Below, in pieces: positions 29,420 through 39,409 of a DNA stretch of 64,000 bases; position 1 is the stretch's first letter, and each line of letters opens with the position of its first letter. Where the stretch lies: the NCBI GenBank assembly GCA_021325135.1, contig JAJPHT010000029.1:64001-128000 (forward strand). The letters run 5' to 3'. Below the pieces are notes generated by a model. That model saw only the letters and a program-made list of their open reading frames with translations. It was not told the origin of the DNA and made no database searches. The position numbers and the translations under genes were made by a program. Source of the stretch: Pseudomonadota bacterium. Lineage in GTDB: Archaea; Thermoplasmatota; SW-10-69-26; JACQPN01; JAJPHT01.

Positions 29420-31021
29420 TCAGAACCCTCCCGCGCGCCCGGGGCGCAGGCGCTCCAGCGCGGCGAAGACGGCGACGTCCAGGAGCATGAGCAGCGTGGC
29501 GAGGGCCATGGCCTCGGGGAAGAGCCACGGGTCGGGCTTCGTCTCGCCGAGGTAGCGGAACATCTCGGCGGGGACGGTGGCGTTCTCGGGGCGCAGGAGG
29601 ATGAGGGCGCCGGCGAACTCGCCCAGGCTCACGCTGGCGGCGAGCACGGCGCCCACCAGCAGCGCAGGTGATAGCAAAGGCAGGTCGATCCAGAGGAGGC
29701 GCTGCCAGCGCGCGGCGCCCAGCGTGCGCGCGGCCTCGCCGAGCGCGGGGTCGCGGGCGCGCAGCGGGCCGGTCACGGCGCGGGCGACGAAGGGGAACGC
29801 CACCAGGGCGTGGACGAGGACGAGGAGCGCGGCGCTGGCGCGCAGGTCCAGCGACCAGGGGCCCACGCGCCAGGGGAAGACGACGAGGAGGCCGAGGCTC
29901 AGCGTGACGGCGCTGGCGCCCAGGGGGAGCATCCACGCGGCGTCGACCAGGGGCCCGCTGCGCGCGGCGGCTCGGGCGGCGAGGGCGCCCAGGGGCACGG
30001 CGAGGACGACGGTCCACGCGGCGAAGACCAGCGAGTTGCGCAGGGCGCGCAGCGGCGGCACGTAGAGGAGCGCGCCCTGGTCGTGGAAGACGCGCAGGAA
30101 GGCGTCGAGGCCCCAGCCGGCGGGCGTGTCGAGGGCGCGCACCGCGGCGGCCAGGAGCGGGAGGAGGAGCAGCGCGGCGACGAGGAAGCCCAGCGCGGCG
30201 AGGGGGCGCGAGGCGGCGGAGAGGGGCGCGAGCGCGGTGGCCTCGTCCACGGGGCGCTCCTGCGCGGCGGCGCGGCGCTCCAGCCAGGCGTAGGCGAGGG
30301 CGGCGAGGAAGGTGAAGACCAGCTGGAGGAGCGCCAGCGTCGCGGCGACGGGGAGGTCGAAGACGCCGATGCCTTCGGTGTAGACGGCGACCTCCAGCGT
30401 GGCGTGCTTGACGGGGTCCGCGAGGAGGAGCACGGTGCCGAAGGCGGTGAAGCCGAAGAGGAACGCCAGCGTGGCGGCGGCCGCGAGGGCGGGCGCCAGG
30501 CGCGGGAGCGTCACGCGGCGCAAGCGCGTCCACGGGCCCGCGCCCAGCGTGGCGGCGGCGTCCTCCAGGCGCGGGTCGAGGTGCGCCCACGCGTCGCCCA
30601 CGAGGCGCACCACCAGCGGGACGTTGTAGACGGCGTGCGCGACGAGGAGCGCGGCGTAGGTGCCGGCGAAGGGGAAGCCGTGGCCCAGGAGGCGCAGCGC
30701 GTAGCCGCGCGGGCCAAGAAGCGCGAGGAGGCCGCCAGCGACGACGACCACGGGCATGACGAAGGGCACCGTGACCAACGCGCGCAGCAGCTTGCGGCCG
30801 CGGAAGCGGTGCCGCCCCAGGAGCCACGCGAGGGGCATGCCGAAGAGGAGGGCGAGGAGCGCGGTGAGCGCGCCAAGCTGGAGGCTCGCCGCGAGGCGCC
30901 CCCGCGCCCACGGGCCCAGGGCGGCGGGGGGGCCCGCGAGGCGCAGGAACGATAGCAGAGGCCACGCGAGGAAGACGAGGAGGAACGCGGCGGGGAGGAG
31001 CCACGTCCAGCTTCGCCGCAT
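29420..31021 (-). CDS. thiP: ABC transporter permease with duplicated domains (ThiP-like)
   Basis: Two EAA-like loops (EDAAATLGA, EAARTLGA); SLGEF. Confidence 0.85.
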   Translation of the reverse strand: MRRSWTWLLPAAFLLVFLAWPLLSFLRLAGPPAALGPWARGRLAASLQLGALTALLALLFGMPLAWLLGRHRFRGRKLLRALVTVPFVMPVVVVAGGLLALLGPRGYALRLLGHGFPFAGTYAALLVAHAVYNVPLVVRLVGDAWAHLDPRLEDAAATLGAGPWTRLRRVTLPRLAPALAAAATLAFLFGFTAFGTVLLLADPVKHATLEVAVYTEGIGVFDLPVAATLALLQLVFTFLAALAYAWLERRAAAQERPVDEATALAPLSAASRPLAALGFLVAALLLLPLLAAAVRALDTPAGWGLDAFLRVFHDQGALLYVPPLRALRNSLVFAAWTVVLAVPLGALAARAAARSGPLVDAAWMLPLGASAVTLSLGLLVVFPWRVGPWSLDLRASAALLVLVHALVAFPFVARAVTGPLRARDPALGEAARTLGAARWQRLLWIDLPLLSPALLVGAVLAASVSLGEFAGALILLRPENATVPAEMFRYLGETKPDPWLFPEAMALATLLMLLDVAVFAALERLRPGRAGGF

Positions 31022-31024
31022 GGC

Positions 31025-32113
31025 TCACGCCTGGCCGGTGGCGTCGCGCCAGCCGGCGAGCCACTCCTCGCGGTGCGCGTCGACCTGGTCGCCGGGGAGG
31101 TACGCGGGCTCCAGGGGCTCGGGCGCGTAGGTGAGGTAGGCGTCGGGCGCGTTGGCGCCGGCCACGACCGGGTATTCCACCTGCTGGAAGGCGCCCTTCT
31201 CCTGGACGTCCGTGGCCATGAGGTAGTCGATGAGCGCCTCGGCGCCCTTGGGGTTCTTGGCGTGGGCGAGGACGCCGATGGCCTCCACCTGGAACCAGGA
31301 GCCCTGGCGCACGTCGAGGTCCGCGCTGGTGGCGTTGCCGTAGCCGTTCATGGGGTTGTACGCGGGGCTCGTGCTGTAGGAGAGGACGATGGGGCGGTCG
31401 TGGCTGCCCGTCGTGTCGTAGCCCTGCGTGAAGACGTCGCCGTAGGCCTGGTCCCAACTCGTCGCGACCTTCCCGCCGTTCTTGGCGTAGTCGCTCCAGA
31501 AGTCCTTGTACGAGTAGCCGGGCGTGCCGTTGAAGCGCGCGACGGTCGCCAGGAGGAACGCGAAGCCGGGGCTGGAGGTCTGCGGGCTCTCGACGACGGT
31601 GAGGGGCGCGTAGGTGGCGCCCGCGATCTGCCGGAGGTCCGTGGGCAGCGACAGGTTGTGGTCGTGGAACCACTGCGTGTCGTAGTTCAGCTCCACGTAG
31701 CCGTAGTCGAAGGGCGTCGCGAGGAGCGTGTCGTTGTCGCCGCGGAAGGGCGCCTTGTAGCGCTCCGCGACGTAGGCCGAGGCGCGCCCCTCGTAGGGCT
31801 GGAAGATGCCGGCCTCCCTGGCGCGGTGGATGAGCGCGTTGTCCACGCCGAAGAGGGCGTCCGCGACCGGCGCGTCCTTGCTGGCGATGGCGCGGCTCAC
31901 GACCTCGCCCGCGTCTCCCTGCGCGAGGACCGTCACCTTGTAGCCGGTGAGGTTGGTGAAGTCGTCGAAGATCGACTTGTTGAGGCCGAAGGCGCTGTAC
32001 GTGAGCAGCGTGACCTCGTTGCTGGCGGCGGGCGTCGTGGAGGCGGTCCGCGGCGCGGAGGTGGAGCAGCCCGCCAGGAGCAGGGCCACCAGAAGAAGGG
32101 GGAGGATGCGCAT
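31025..32113 (-). CDS. thiB: Thiamine ABC transporter substrate-binding lipoprotein
   Basis: Lipobox LAGC; GDAG, GVDN, PFDYGY, TSSPG, VLSYSTSPAY, FQVE. Confidence 0.88.
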   Translation of the reverse strand: MRILPLLLVALLLAGCSTSAPRTASTTPAASNEVTLLTYSAFGLNKSIFDDFTNLTGYKVTVLAQGDAGEVVSRAIASKDAPVADALFGVDNALIHRAREAGIFQPYEGRASAYVAERYKAPFRGDNDTLLATPFDYGYVELNYDTQWFHDHNLSLPTDLRQIAGATYAPLTVVESPQTSSPGFAFLLATVARFNGTPGYSYKDFWSDYAKNGGKVATSWDQAYGDVFTQGYDTTGSHDRPIVLSYSTSPAYNPMNGYGNATSADLDVRQGSWFQVEAIGVLAHAKNPKGAEALIDYLMATDVQEKGAFQQVEYPVVAGANAPDAYLTYAPEPLEPAYLPGDQVDAHREEWLAGWRDATGQA

Positions 32114-32169
32114 GGGTATTCCTTGGTTGTAGTCGCGGAGCCTACAGGCGGAGAAAAGGGTTTCGCCGC

Positions 32170-34209
32170 TCAGCCCCCGTGCCGCGCCCCCCGCAGCCGC
32201 TCCGCCAGCTCGTCGGGCGTCCGCGCCGGGGGGAGGCACCGCGTCCCGAGGCACACCAGCGCGCCTTCGCCGCGGAACGCGCGCGCCTCCTCGGGCAGGC
32301 CCGCATCGTCGGGCCCCGCGAACGTCGCGCCCGGCTTCGCCTCGCGCCGCGCGACGGCCCGCAGCGGCGCCGGATCGCCGCGCGCCACCACGATGCGGGG
32401 CGGCGGATGCGTCGCGGCATCCAGGGCCAGCAGCAGCGCGCCTCCGAAGAGGGAGAGCCGCGCCGCGTCCTGCGCGAGCGAGGCGAGGTCGCGCGTCGCG
32501 GCCTCGCGATATCGTTCTTCCCCGGTGACGTCCGCGAGGCGCAGCAGCGCGCGCAGCGCCACGCCGTTCGCGCTGGCCGTGGGCGCGTCCTGGAGGGGCC
32601 GCTCGGGAAGGCCCAGCGCGCCCACGGCCTCCGGCGCCAGGCCCGCGGCCCGGTCCGCGAAGCCCCCCTGCGGGTGCCGGAACCGCGCGAGCAGCAGGTC
32701 CGCCACCTCGCGCGCCGCGGAACGATATCGAGGCTCGCCCGTCGCGAAGTGCGCCTCCAGCAGCGCGTCCAGCATCTGCGCGTTGTCGTCCACGAACCCC
32801 CACTGGCGCGCCTCCAGGGTCCGCGCGAAGCCGCGCCGGGGATCGTAGGCCTTTTCCAGGAAAGCGTCCAGGGTGAGCAGGGCGAAGCGCTGCGCCTTGG
32901 CATCGCCCGAGACGCCTGCGTACTCCAGCACGGCGCCCACGGCCATGCCGTTCCAGCTTGCATAGCAGAGGGAATCCACGAAGGGCGCCTTGCGCCTCTC
33001 GCGCGCCGCCCGCATGAGGGCCCTGCCGCGGGCGAGGTCCGCATGCACCTTGTCCAGCGGGAGCCCGAACGCGGCGGCGAGGGCCTCCTCGCCCGCGCCC
33101 ACGCGTAGCACGTTGCGCCGCGGGTCGTGGTGCATGTCGCCCCGCTCCTGCACGCGATATCGGGCCGCCATGAGCTTCGCCAGCGCGGGGTCGCCCACCG
33201 CCTCGCGAAGCTCCTCCAGCGTCCAGGTGAAGAAGTCCCCATCATCCTCCAGGCTGACGTCGGCGTCCTGGCTCCCCCCGAAGCCGCCCCCCTCCTGCGC
33301 CAGCACATCGCGCAGGAAGAAGAGGATCTCCTGCGCGGTCTCCAGGAAGGAGGGGTCGTAGACCGCGGCGCGCGCGTAGTTGCGCAGCAGGCCCGCGTTG
33401 TCGTAGAGCATCTTCTCGAAGTGCGGCACGATCCACTCGGCGTCCACGCTGTAACGGTGGAACCCGCCGCCCAGCTGGTCGTAGACGCCCCCCGCGCGCA
33501 TGGCGCGCAGCGTGGAGAGCGCGACGTCCCGCGCCGCGGCGTCGCCCTGCAACGCGCGCTCCAGCAGGAAGTCGTGCGCGGCAGGGTGCGGGAACTTGGG
33601 CGCGCCCCCGAAGCCACCGTGCGCGGGGTCGAACTCGTCGCGCATGTGGCCCGCCGCGTGGGCGAGGAGCGTCTCCCAGGCATCCTCGGGCATCGCCTCG
33701 CGCGCGGCCGACCCGCGGCGCAGCCACTCCGAGACGGCCTCCGCGTTCTGGAGGGCCTCGTCGCGGCGGTCGCGGTACGACGCGGCGACGCCTTCGAGGA
33801 CCCGGCGGAACGCGGGCCGCCCGTGCGCGTCGCGCGGCGGGAAGTACGTGCCCCCGTAGAAGACGCGCCCGTCGGGCAGCAGGAACGCCGTGAGCGGCCA
33901 GCCCCCCTGCCCCGTCATGGCCTGCACGGCCTTCTGATAGCGCGCGTCCACGTCGGGGCGCTCGTCGCGGTCCACCTTCACCGGCACGAACAGCCGGTTG
34001 GCAACCTCGGCCAATGCGGGGTCCTCGTAGCTCTCGCGGTCCATGACGTGGCACCAGTGGCACCACACCGCGCCGACGTCGAGCAGGATGGGCTTGTCCT
34101 CGGCCCGGGCGCGCTCGAACGCCTCGGGGCCCCAGGGCATCCAGTGGACGGGCTGGTGCGCGGCGCTGCGGAGGTAGCTGCTGGCCTGGTCGGCGAGGCG
34201 GTTCGCCAT
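32170..34209 (-). CDS. YyaL/SSP411 thioredoxin-domain protein
   Basis: NRLA..SSYL..AH.PVHW, WCHWCHVM, GGWPLT, APKFP, PHFEKMLYDNA. Confidence 0.92.
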   Translation of the reverse strand: MANRLADQASSYLRSAAHQPVHWMPWGPEAFERARAEDKPILLDVGAVWCHWCHVMDRESYEDPALAEVANRLFVPVKVDRDERPDVDARYQKAVQAMTGQGGWPLTAFLLPDGRVFYGGTYFPPRDAHGRPAFRRVLEGVAASYRDRRDEALQNAEAVSEWLRRGSAAREAMPEDAWETLLAHAAGHMRDEFDPAHGGFGGAPKFPHPAAHDFLLERALQGDAAARDVALSTLRAMRAGGVYDQLGGGFHRYSVDAEWIVPHFEKMLYDNAGLLRNYARAAVYDPSFLETAQEILFFLRDVLAQEGGGFGGSQDADVSLEDDGDFFTWTLEELREAVGDPALAKLMAARYRVQERGDMHHDPRRNVLRVGAGEEALAAAFGLPLDKVHADLARGRALMRAARERRKAPFVDSLCYASWNGMAVGAVLEYAGVSGDAKAQRFALLTLDAFLEKAYDPRRGFARTLEARQWGFVDDNAQMLDALLEAHFATGEPRYRSAAREVADLLLARFRHPQGGFADRAAGLAPEAVGALGLPERPLQDAPTASANGVALRALLRLADVTGEERYREAATRDLASLAQDAARLSLFGGALLLALDAATHPPPRIVVARGDPAPLRAVARREAKPGATFAGPDDAGLPEEARAFRGEGALVCLGTRCLPPARTPDELAERLRGARHGG

Positions 34210-34217
34210 GGGGTGCG

Positions 34218-35204
34218 CTAGACGCCGCCCGCGCTTGGAGCTTGCCCCGCCTGCAGGGCGTCGGGGCCCTCCGGCGGGCGGGGCGTGAGGGAGGGGCGTG
34301 GGAGGGCGAAGGAGAAGGTCGCGCCGCGCCCCGGGCCCTCGCTCTCGCACCAGAGCCGCCCCTGGTGCTGCTCGAGGATGCCGCGGGAGATGAACAGGCC
34401 GAGGCCCGTCCCCCCGGTGGCGTGGCGCAGGGGGTCGTGGACCTGGGAGAAGGGGACGAAGAGGCGCTGGCGCTGCTCCTCGGTGAGCCCGGCGCCGGTG
34501 TCCGCGACGCTCACCAGCGCCTCGGTGGAGCGCCGGCGCAGCGAGACGCGCACGCGCCCGCCGCGCGGCGTGAACTTGAGGGCGTTGGAGAGGAGGTTGA
34601 CGAGCACCTGCGTGATGCGGTGCGCGTCGAGGACCATGGGCTCCTCGCCCTCGACGTCCAGCGCCAGCGCGACGCCCGCCGCCTCGGCCTGGGGACGCAC
34701 GGTCTCCGCCGCGTCGCGCACGAGGCGCGCGAGATCCACGTTGCGCGGCGTGATGCGCATGTGCTCGGTCTGGATGCGCGCCGCGTCGAGCACGTCCGAG
34801 ACGAGGAGGCTCAGGCGCTCCAAGTTGCGCGTCAGCACGTCCACCGAGGCGCGCTGCCGCTCGTTGAGCTCGCCCATGTGGCCCCCGCCGAGCAGGTGGA
34901 GCTGGATGCGGATGGGCGTGAGCGGCGTGTTCAGCTCGTGGGCCGCGGCGTTGATGAAGCGCGTCTTCATGTCGGAAAGCTCGCGCAGGCGCGCGTTGGC
35001 GGCCTCCAGCTCGGCGCGCCGGCGCTCCCCCTCGGCGTGGGCCGCCTCGATGTCGTCGAGCATGAAGCGCACCGCCATGGCGAAGCGGCCGATCTCGTCG
35101 TCCACCTCGATGATCTCGGGCTTCTCGCTGAAGTCGCCCGCCGCCACCTTGGCCAGGATCCGCACGAGGTCGGCGACGCGAGCCTCGGCGTCGGGCTCAG
35201 CCAT
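34218..35204 (-). CDS. Soluble HAMP-like sensor histidine kinase (HisKA + HATPase)
   Basis: HELNTPL H-box; NLLSNALKF; DTGAG; GTGLGL. Confidence 0.92.
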   Translation of the reverse strand: MAEPDAEARVADLVRILAKVAAGDFSEKPEIIEVDDEIGRFAMAVRFMLDDIEAAHAEGERRRAELEAANARLRELSDMKTRFINAAAHELNTPLTPIRIQLHLLGGGHMGELNERQRASVDVLTRNLERLSLLVSDVLDAARIQTEHMRITPRNVDLARLVRDAAETVRPQAEAAGVALALDVEGEEPMVLDAHRITQVLVNLLSNALKFTPRGGRVRVSLRRRSTEALVSVADTGAGLTEEQRQRLFVPFSQVHDPLRHATGGTGLGLFISRGILEQHQGRLWCESEGPGRGATFSFALPRPSLTPRPPEGPDALQAGQAPSAGGV

Positions 35205-35568
35205 GCGGCTCCTCGCGCAGCCACGCGCGCGCCGTCGGCTCCTCGTGGAAGAAGCGCGCGTTGGCGTGCCCCGTGGCGGCCAGCAGGAACGAGACGAGGA
35301 ACTCCTGGAGCCGGCTGCTGCCCACGACGGCGATGCGGCGCCCGTCGAGCTCGTGGTGCCGCTTGTAGACGACGGCGCGGAAGCCCTGCTTGAGCGCGAC
35401 GCTGCCGCGCACGTCGATGAGCAGCCGCTGGTGGGGGCGCTTGGCGATCTCGTCGAAGAACCACGCGGTGTCGTGCGCCACGTCCGAGCCGTCGTGCGCG
35501 ACGTAGAGCAGGAGGTCGCCCTCGTCGCGGAACGGGCCGGGCGCGAGGGCGAGGGCCGGCGCGCTCAT
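35197..35568 (-). CDS. STAS/SEC14 (SpoIIAA-like) domain protein
   Basis: LLIDVR..., RIAVVG, FFHEEPTARAWL pattern; ATGA coupling to the upstream gene. Confidence 0.7.
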   Translation of the reverse strand: MSAPALALAPGPFRDEGDLLLYVAHDGSDVAHDTAWFFDEIAKRPHQRLLIDVRGSVALKQGFRAVVYKRHHELDGRRIAVVGSSRLQEFLVSFLLAATGHANARFFHEEPTARAWLREEPHG

Positions 35569-36152
35569 GGGTCCGTCCAGCGCATGACGTAGGTGTACCG
35601 CGCCGGCCCGCTCTGGCGCCCCTCGACGAGGCCGCGGTAGCCGAAGTCGTCCATCCATTCCTGGAAGAGCCCGCGGAAGTGGTCCAGCGGGTAGTCGTTG
35701 TTCTCCATGACGACCTCGATCTCGCGCGGACCCGTCTCGCGCGCCTCGAAGCCCACGCCCTTGAACACGCGCTCGGCGATGGAGGGCGTGTGGAGGATGA
35801 GGTAGCGATAGTTGCGCGGGAAGATGGCGAACATCATCCGCGCGATGGGCGTGCCCTTGAAGTTGCGGAAATGCAGCCGGCCCCCCTCGAACGCGCGCGC
35901 CTCGGGCGGGACGGGCGCCTCGCTGAGGATGTCGTTGGCCGCCTCGATGAGCCGCACCTCGTCGCGGATGGGCACGTCGTCGAAGTCGCCGTAGTCCAGC
36001 GGCCCGCCCATGGCGGCCTCCAGCCGCGCGAGCCCCTCGGGTCCGCAGCGGCGCCGGACGGCGTGGATGTGGCTGTTGACGAAGATGCCCTTGATCGTGG
36101 GTGGCGGACCCGGCCGCAGGTGGGCCTGCATCGCGGACTGGGCGGCTGCCAT
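35565..36152 (-). CDS. DUF2378/TIGR02265-like protein
   Basis: IKGIFV, F..TPIARMM, YPLDHFRGLF, YVMRW pattern. Confidence 0.6.
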   Translation of the reverse strand: MAAAQSAMQAHLRPGPPPTIKGIFVNSHIHAVRRRCGPEGLARLEAAMGGPLDYGDFDDVPIRDEVRLIEAANDILSEAPVPPEARAFEGGRLHFRNFKGTPIARMMFAIFPRNYRYLILHTPSIAERVFKGVGFEARETGPREIEVVMENNDYPLDHFRGLFQEWMDDFGYRGLVEGRQSGPARYTYVMRWTDP

Positions 36153-36253
36153 GCCGGAGGGTCCGTCGCGCAAGGGCCTTGATCCGGACGCGCAGGTCCC
36201 TCTCCGGCCCACCGCAACGGGGATGAAGGGGGCGGGTCCCGGCGCGCGCCGGC

Positions 36254-36691
36254 CTACGCCACGGCCAGCGTGGCCACGCCGTGCCACTCGAAGGGGATGG
36301 CGCAGGTCCGGCACTGCCAGGTGAACGTGTAGCTGCGGACGGCGTCCATGGACGAGGGGTCCGTGAGGCAGAGGAGGCTGTTGCCGTCATAGGTGTTGAC
36401 CAGGCAGCCGCCCACGTCAGGGTCCCACGGGCCCGCCCAGCCGTTCGGGGCCCCAACCTTGGTGCAGGTCGAGCTGGAGCTGACCGACGTGAACTGGAAG
36501 CTCCAGTCCGTGCGCCCACGGAGGGCGGAGCTGACCCGCTCACCGGAGACGGCCAGGACCCCGGAGGGGCACGACGGCTCGAAGGAATCCTGCGCGGTCG
36601 CATACCCGATGGCCACGGTCTGGGACGCCGCCTGGGCGGGCGAGACGAGCAGGAGGGCAAGAAGAGGGATCAACACGGGGGCGCACCGCAT
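36254..36691 (-). CDS. Small secreted Cys-containing protein (6 mature Cys)
   Basis: Signal peptide ending AQA. Confidence 0.7.
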   Translation of the reverse strand: MRCAPVLIPLLALLLVSPAQAASQTVAIGYATAQDSFEPSCPSGVLAVSGERVSSALRGRTDWSFQFTSVSSSSTCTKVGAPNGWAGPWDPDVGGCLVNTYDGNSLLCLTDPSSMDAVRSYTFTWQCRTCAIPFEWHGVATLAVA

Positions 36692-36812
36692 AACAGTCTC
36701 CGGACGAGAAGCCGGGCGGCGGACGATAAGCTAGCGTCAACCCTCGGAGTGACACAAGGAGCGAGGTCCTCACGAAGGATAGCCTCAAGCCGCCCGCCCC
36801 GATGGCCGGACG

Positions 36813-37595
36813 ATGCCCGAGATCGAGACGCGCCGCGAGGGCGCGGTCGCGGTGGTGACGCTCAACCGCCCCGAGGTCTACAACGCGTTCAGCCTCGCCA
36901 TGATCCGCGAGCTGGGCGCCGCGCTGCGCGCGCTCACGCACGACTCCGCCGTGGGCGCCATCGTCCTCACCGGCGCGGGGAAGGCGTTCTGCGCCGGGGG
37001 CGACGTGGCGGAGATGGACGCCAACGTCCACCGCGCGCACGATCACTTCCTCGACCTCACCGCGGACCATCACGCCGTGGTGCGCCTCCTGGTGGAGGGG
37101 CCGAAGCCCGTCGTCTGCGCGCTCAACGGCGTCGCGGCGGGCGGGGGCTTCGGCCTCGCGCTCTGCGGCGACCTGCGCATCGCCTCGGAGCAGGCGCGCT
37201 TCAAGCCCGCCTACTTCCGGCTGGGCGTCGCGCCCGACGGCGGGAGCACCTGGCTGCTGCCGCGCCTCGTGGGCTTCACGCGCGCCCAGGAGCTTCTTTT
37301 CCACGACCGGGTCGTCTCCGCGCAGGAAGCGCTGGCGCTGGGGCTCGTCCACGAGGTCGTCCCCGCGGAGCGGCTGATGCCTCGCGCCCTGGAGGAGGCC
37401 CAGGCGCTCGCGCGCGGGCCCCCCTTCGCGCTGGCGGCCGCGAAGCGCCTGCTGGCCGCGACGACGAGCCACGACCTCGCCGCGCAGCTCGCGCTGGAGC
37501 GGAGATTGAACAGCGAGAGCGGCGCGACCGCGGACTTCGCCGAGGGGGCGCGGGCGTTCCGCGAGAAGAGGGAGCCGGTCTTCCGGAGCCCATAG
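36813..37595 (+). CDS. Enoyl-CoA hydratase/isomerase (PaaG-like)
   Basis: LNRPEVYNA, FCAGGD, AAGGG, PDGGST, AFREKR. Confidence 0.92.
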   Translation: MPEIETRREGAVAVVTLNRPEVYNAFSLAMIRELGAALRALTHDSAVGAIVLTGAGKAFCAGGDVAEMDANVHRAHDHFLDLTADHHAVVRLLVEGPKPVVCALNGVAAGGGFGLALCGDLRIASEQARFKPAYFRLGVAPDGGSTWLLPRLVGFTRAQELLFHDRVVSAQEALALGLVHEVVPAERLMPRALEEAQALARGPPFALAAAKRLLAATTSHDLAAQLALERRLNSESGATADFAEGARAFREKREPVFRSP

Positions 37596-37781
37596 GGGGG
37601 TTCGGGGGGCGAAGCCCCCCGAAGCAATCGTCGTCCGGCCGCGCCGCAGCGCGGCCAAAAGCGGGGGTTTCAGGGGGCGCAGCCCCCTGACGTCTCGGTC
37701 GTCTGCTGGACTTTCTCTTACGTCAGGGGGGCGAGCCCCCCTGAAACCCCCCTTTTGCGCGCGCTGCGGCGCGCGCGACGG
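37596..37781. repeat. REP/BIME-like cluster, copy B (three units including an inverted pair)
   Basis: Hairpins at 37601-37623, 37637-37656, 37670-37690 and an inverted unit at 37720-37776; between convergent genes. Confidence 0.85.
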
Positions 37782-37790
37782 TCTTCAGCC

Positions 37791-38324
37791 CTACCCCACG
37801 GGCTGCGCGCACTGCGCGACCCAGCGGTAGCTCGCCAGCGAGCCGCCGGAGGGCGTCACGAGGTCCACGCGGCACGTGAGCGGGAAGTCGCCCACGCCCA
37901 CCGAGGGCGACATGCAGATGACGTTGGAGGGGAAGACGCCCGCCGTGCACGAGACCGAGGGGCTGGCGCCGCCGACGCACGTCGCGGTGGTGGAGATGGA
38001 GAAGCCCAGGTCGTCCACCAGGGCGAACGCCTCGGGGTTGGCGCACGGGATCGCGAGGCCCGCGGGCGTGCAGGTGACGACCAGCTGCGTGCCGGTGGGC
38101 GGGGGCAGGGTCGCGGGGCCGCAGTTGATCCCGGGCGTCGTGGCGACGAAGACGCCGACGCCAGGCACGTTGGTGATGCCGACGCCGCCCGCGCCGGGCA
38201 CGTCGGGGCACTGCACCTGCACGGCGTTGGGGACGGGGCTGCAGTTCTTGAGGCCGGCCGCGTCGGCGCCCAGGGTCGCGACGGAGGCGGCGAGGACGAC
38301 GAGGGCAAGGAGGGTTGCGCGCAT
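37791..38324 (-). CDS. Secreted Cys-rich protein (10 Cys)
   Basis: Signal peptide ending ADA. Confidence 0.75.
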   Translation of the reverse strand: MRATLLALVVLAASVATLGADAAGLKNCSPVPNAVQVQCPDVPGAGGVGITNVPGVGVFVATTPGINCGPATLPPPTGTQLVVTCTPAGLAIPCANPEAFALVDDLGFSISTTATCVGGASPSVSCTAGVFPSNVICMSPSVGVGDFPLTCRVDLVTPSGGSLASYRWVAQCAQPVG

Positions 38325-38395
38325 GGCGCGGGGGCAGCCCGCGCCCGCCTCATGCCCGCTGTGGTCGCATCGTTGGAACGTCGGATTCGAACCCG

Positions 38396-39409
38396 TCAGA
38401 ATCCTGGTAACAGAACGCGCGTGCCGCGGCGGAACGCCGCGACGTGGAACGCGCTGCCGAGGCCCGCGGCTCCGGCCACCGCGCGCACCTCGTCGGGGAG
38501 CCCCAGGTCGGCGATGCCCAACGCGTCCAGGAATTCCTGCTGGGTCGCAAGGCCCAGGGGCTCCATGCCGGCCTCGCGCGCGGCGTGCTCGACGGCGGTG
38601 AAGTCCACGTCCGCCGTCAGGTCGCGCTGGCCCGGCTCCTCCAGCGGCTCCTGGAAGCGGCCCTGCGCCTTGTACGCGGCCAGCGTGCCGTTGAGACGCT
38701 GCGGAGAGTAGAGCGCAGGCGCGGGGTCGCCATAGTCGATGAAGACGAGGAAGCCCGGGTCGGGGAGGCGCGCGGCGGCGCGGACGAACGCCTCCAGCCC
38801 GGGCGCCACGTCCAGGATCTGCCCCCGCTGCGGCCAGACTCCCTCCCGCGCGAGGCGCGCCTCCACCTCCGCGTCGCGCAGGGGCACCAGGCGCTCGCGG
38901 AAGCGGCCCGTGCGCGCGTCCACGTCCACGGCCACCTCCAGGAGCCCGCCGTCGGGGGCGCCCGCCACGCGGCGCACCGGGAGCGCGTCGAGCACTTCGT
39001 TGCCGAAGACGAGCCCCGGGGCGGGTGATAGCATCTCCGCGCTGGCGACGGGGCGCGCGCCCGCGGCGGCCTGCTTCGCGCGCAGGCCCGGGCTCGCGTC
39101 CACGGTCGCGTAGTCCAGCCCGGGGTGCTCGGCGAGGATGGCGCGCGCCAGCTCGCCCGTGCCGGCGCCAAGCTCCACGACGCGGAAGGGCCCGGGGAGC
39201 GCGTCGCGCGCGGCGGCCACGAGACGCGCCATGGCGCGGCGGAAGGCGGGGAAGCGGACGCTGGTGGAGAAGTCGCCCTGGGGCCCGATGGCGGGGCCGC
39301 GGGCGTAGTACCCCTCATGGGGATCGTAAAGCGCGGCCTCCATGAAGTCGTGGAATGATATCGGCCCCTCCTTCGCGATCTGCGCGCGCAGGCGCTCCTC
39401 CAGCGTCAT
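38396..39409 (-). CDS. MidA/NDUFAF7-family SAM-dependent methyltransferase, paralog 2
   Basis: ALYDPHEGYY, GDFST, ELGAGTG, NEVLDALP, IDYG, DLTADVDF. Confidence 0.9.
   Translation of the reverse strand: MTLEERLRAQIAKEGPISFHDFMEAALYDPHEGYYARGPAIGPQGDFSTSVRFPAFRRAMARLVAAARDALPGPFRVVELGAGTGELARAILAEHPGLDYATVDASPGLRAKQAAAGARPVASAEMLSPAPGLVFGNEVLDALPVRRVAGAPDGGLLEVAVDVDARTGRFRERLVPLRDAEVEARLAREGVWPQRGQILDVAPGLEAFVRAAARLPDPGFLVFIDYGDPAPALYSPQRLNGTLAAYKAQGRFQEPLEEPGQRDLTADVDFTAVEHAAREAGMEPLGLATQQEFLDALGIADLGLPDEVRAVAGAAGLGSAFHVAAFRRGTRVLLPGF

Noticed and set aside
32114-32169. TPP riboswitch upstream of thiB
   Set aside because: Region is too short and lacks the GCUGAGA and CUGAU consensus
37596-37781. 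Repeat cluster as a CRISPR array
   Set aside because: Units are inverted and variable with no regular unique spacers; no cas genes in the window
38383-38394. GGGTTCGAATCC on the minus strand resembles a tRNA T-loop
   Set aside because: No full T-stem, acceptor stem or anticodon arm; it abuts a CDS stop
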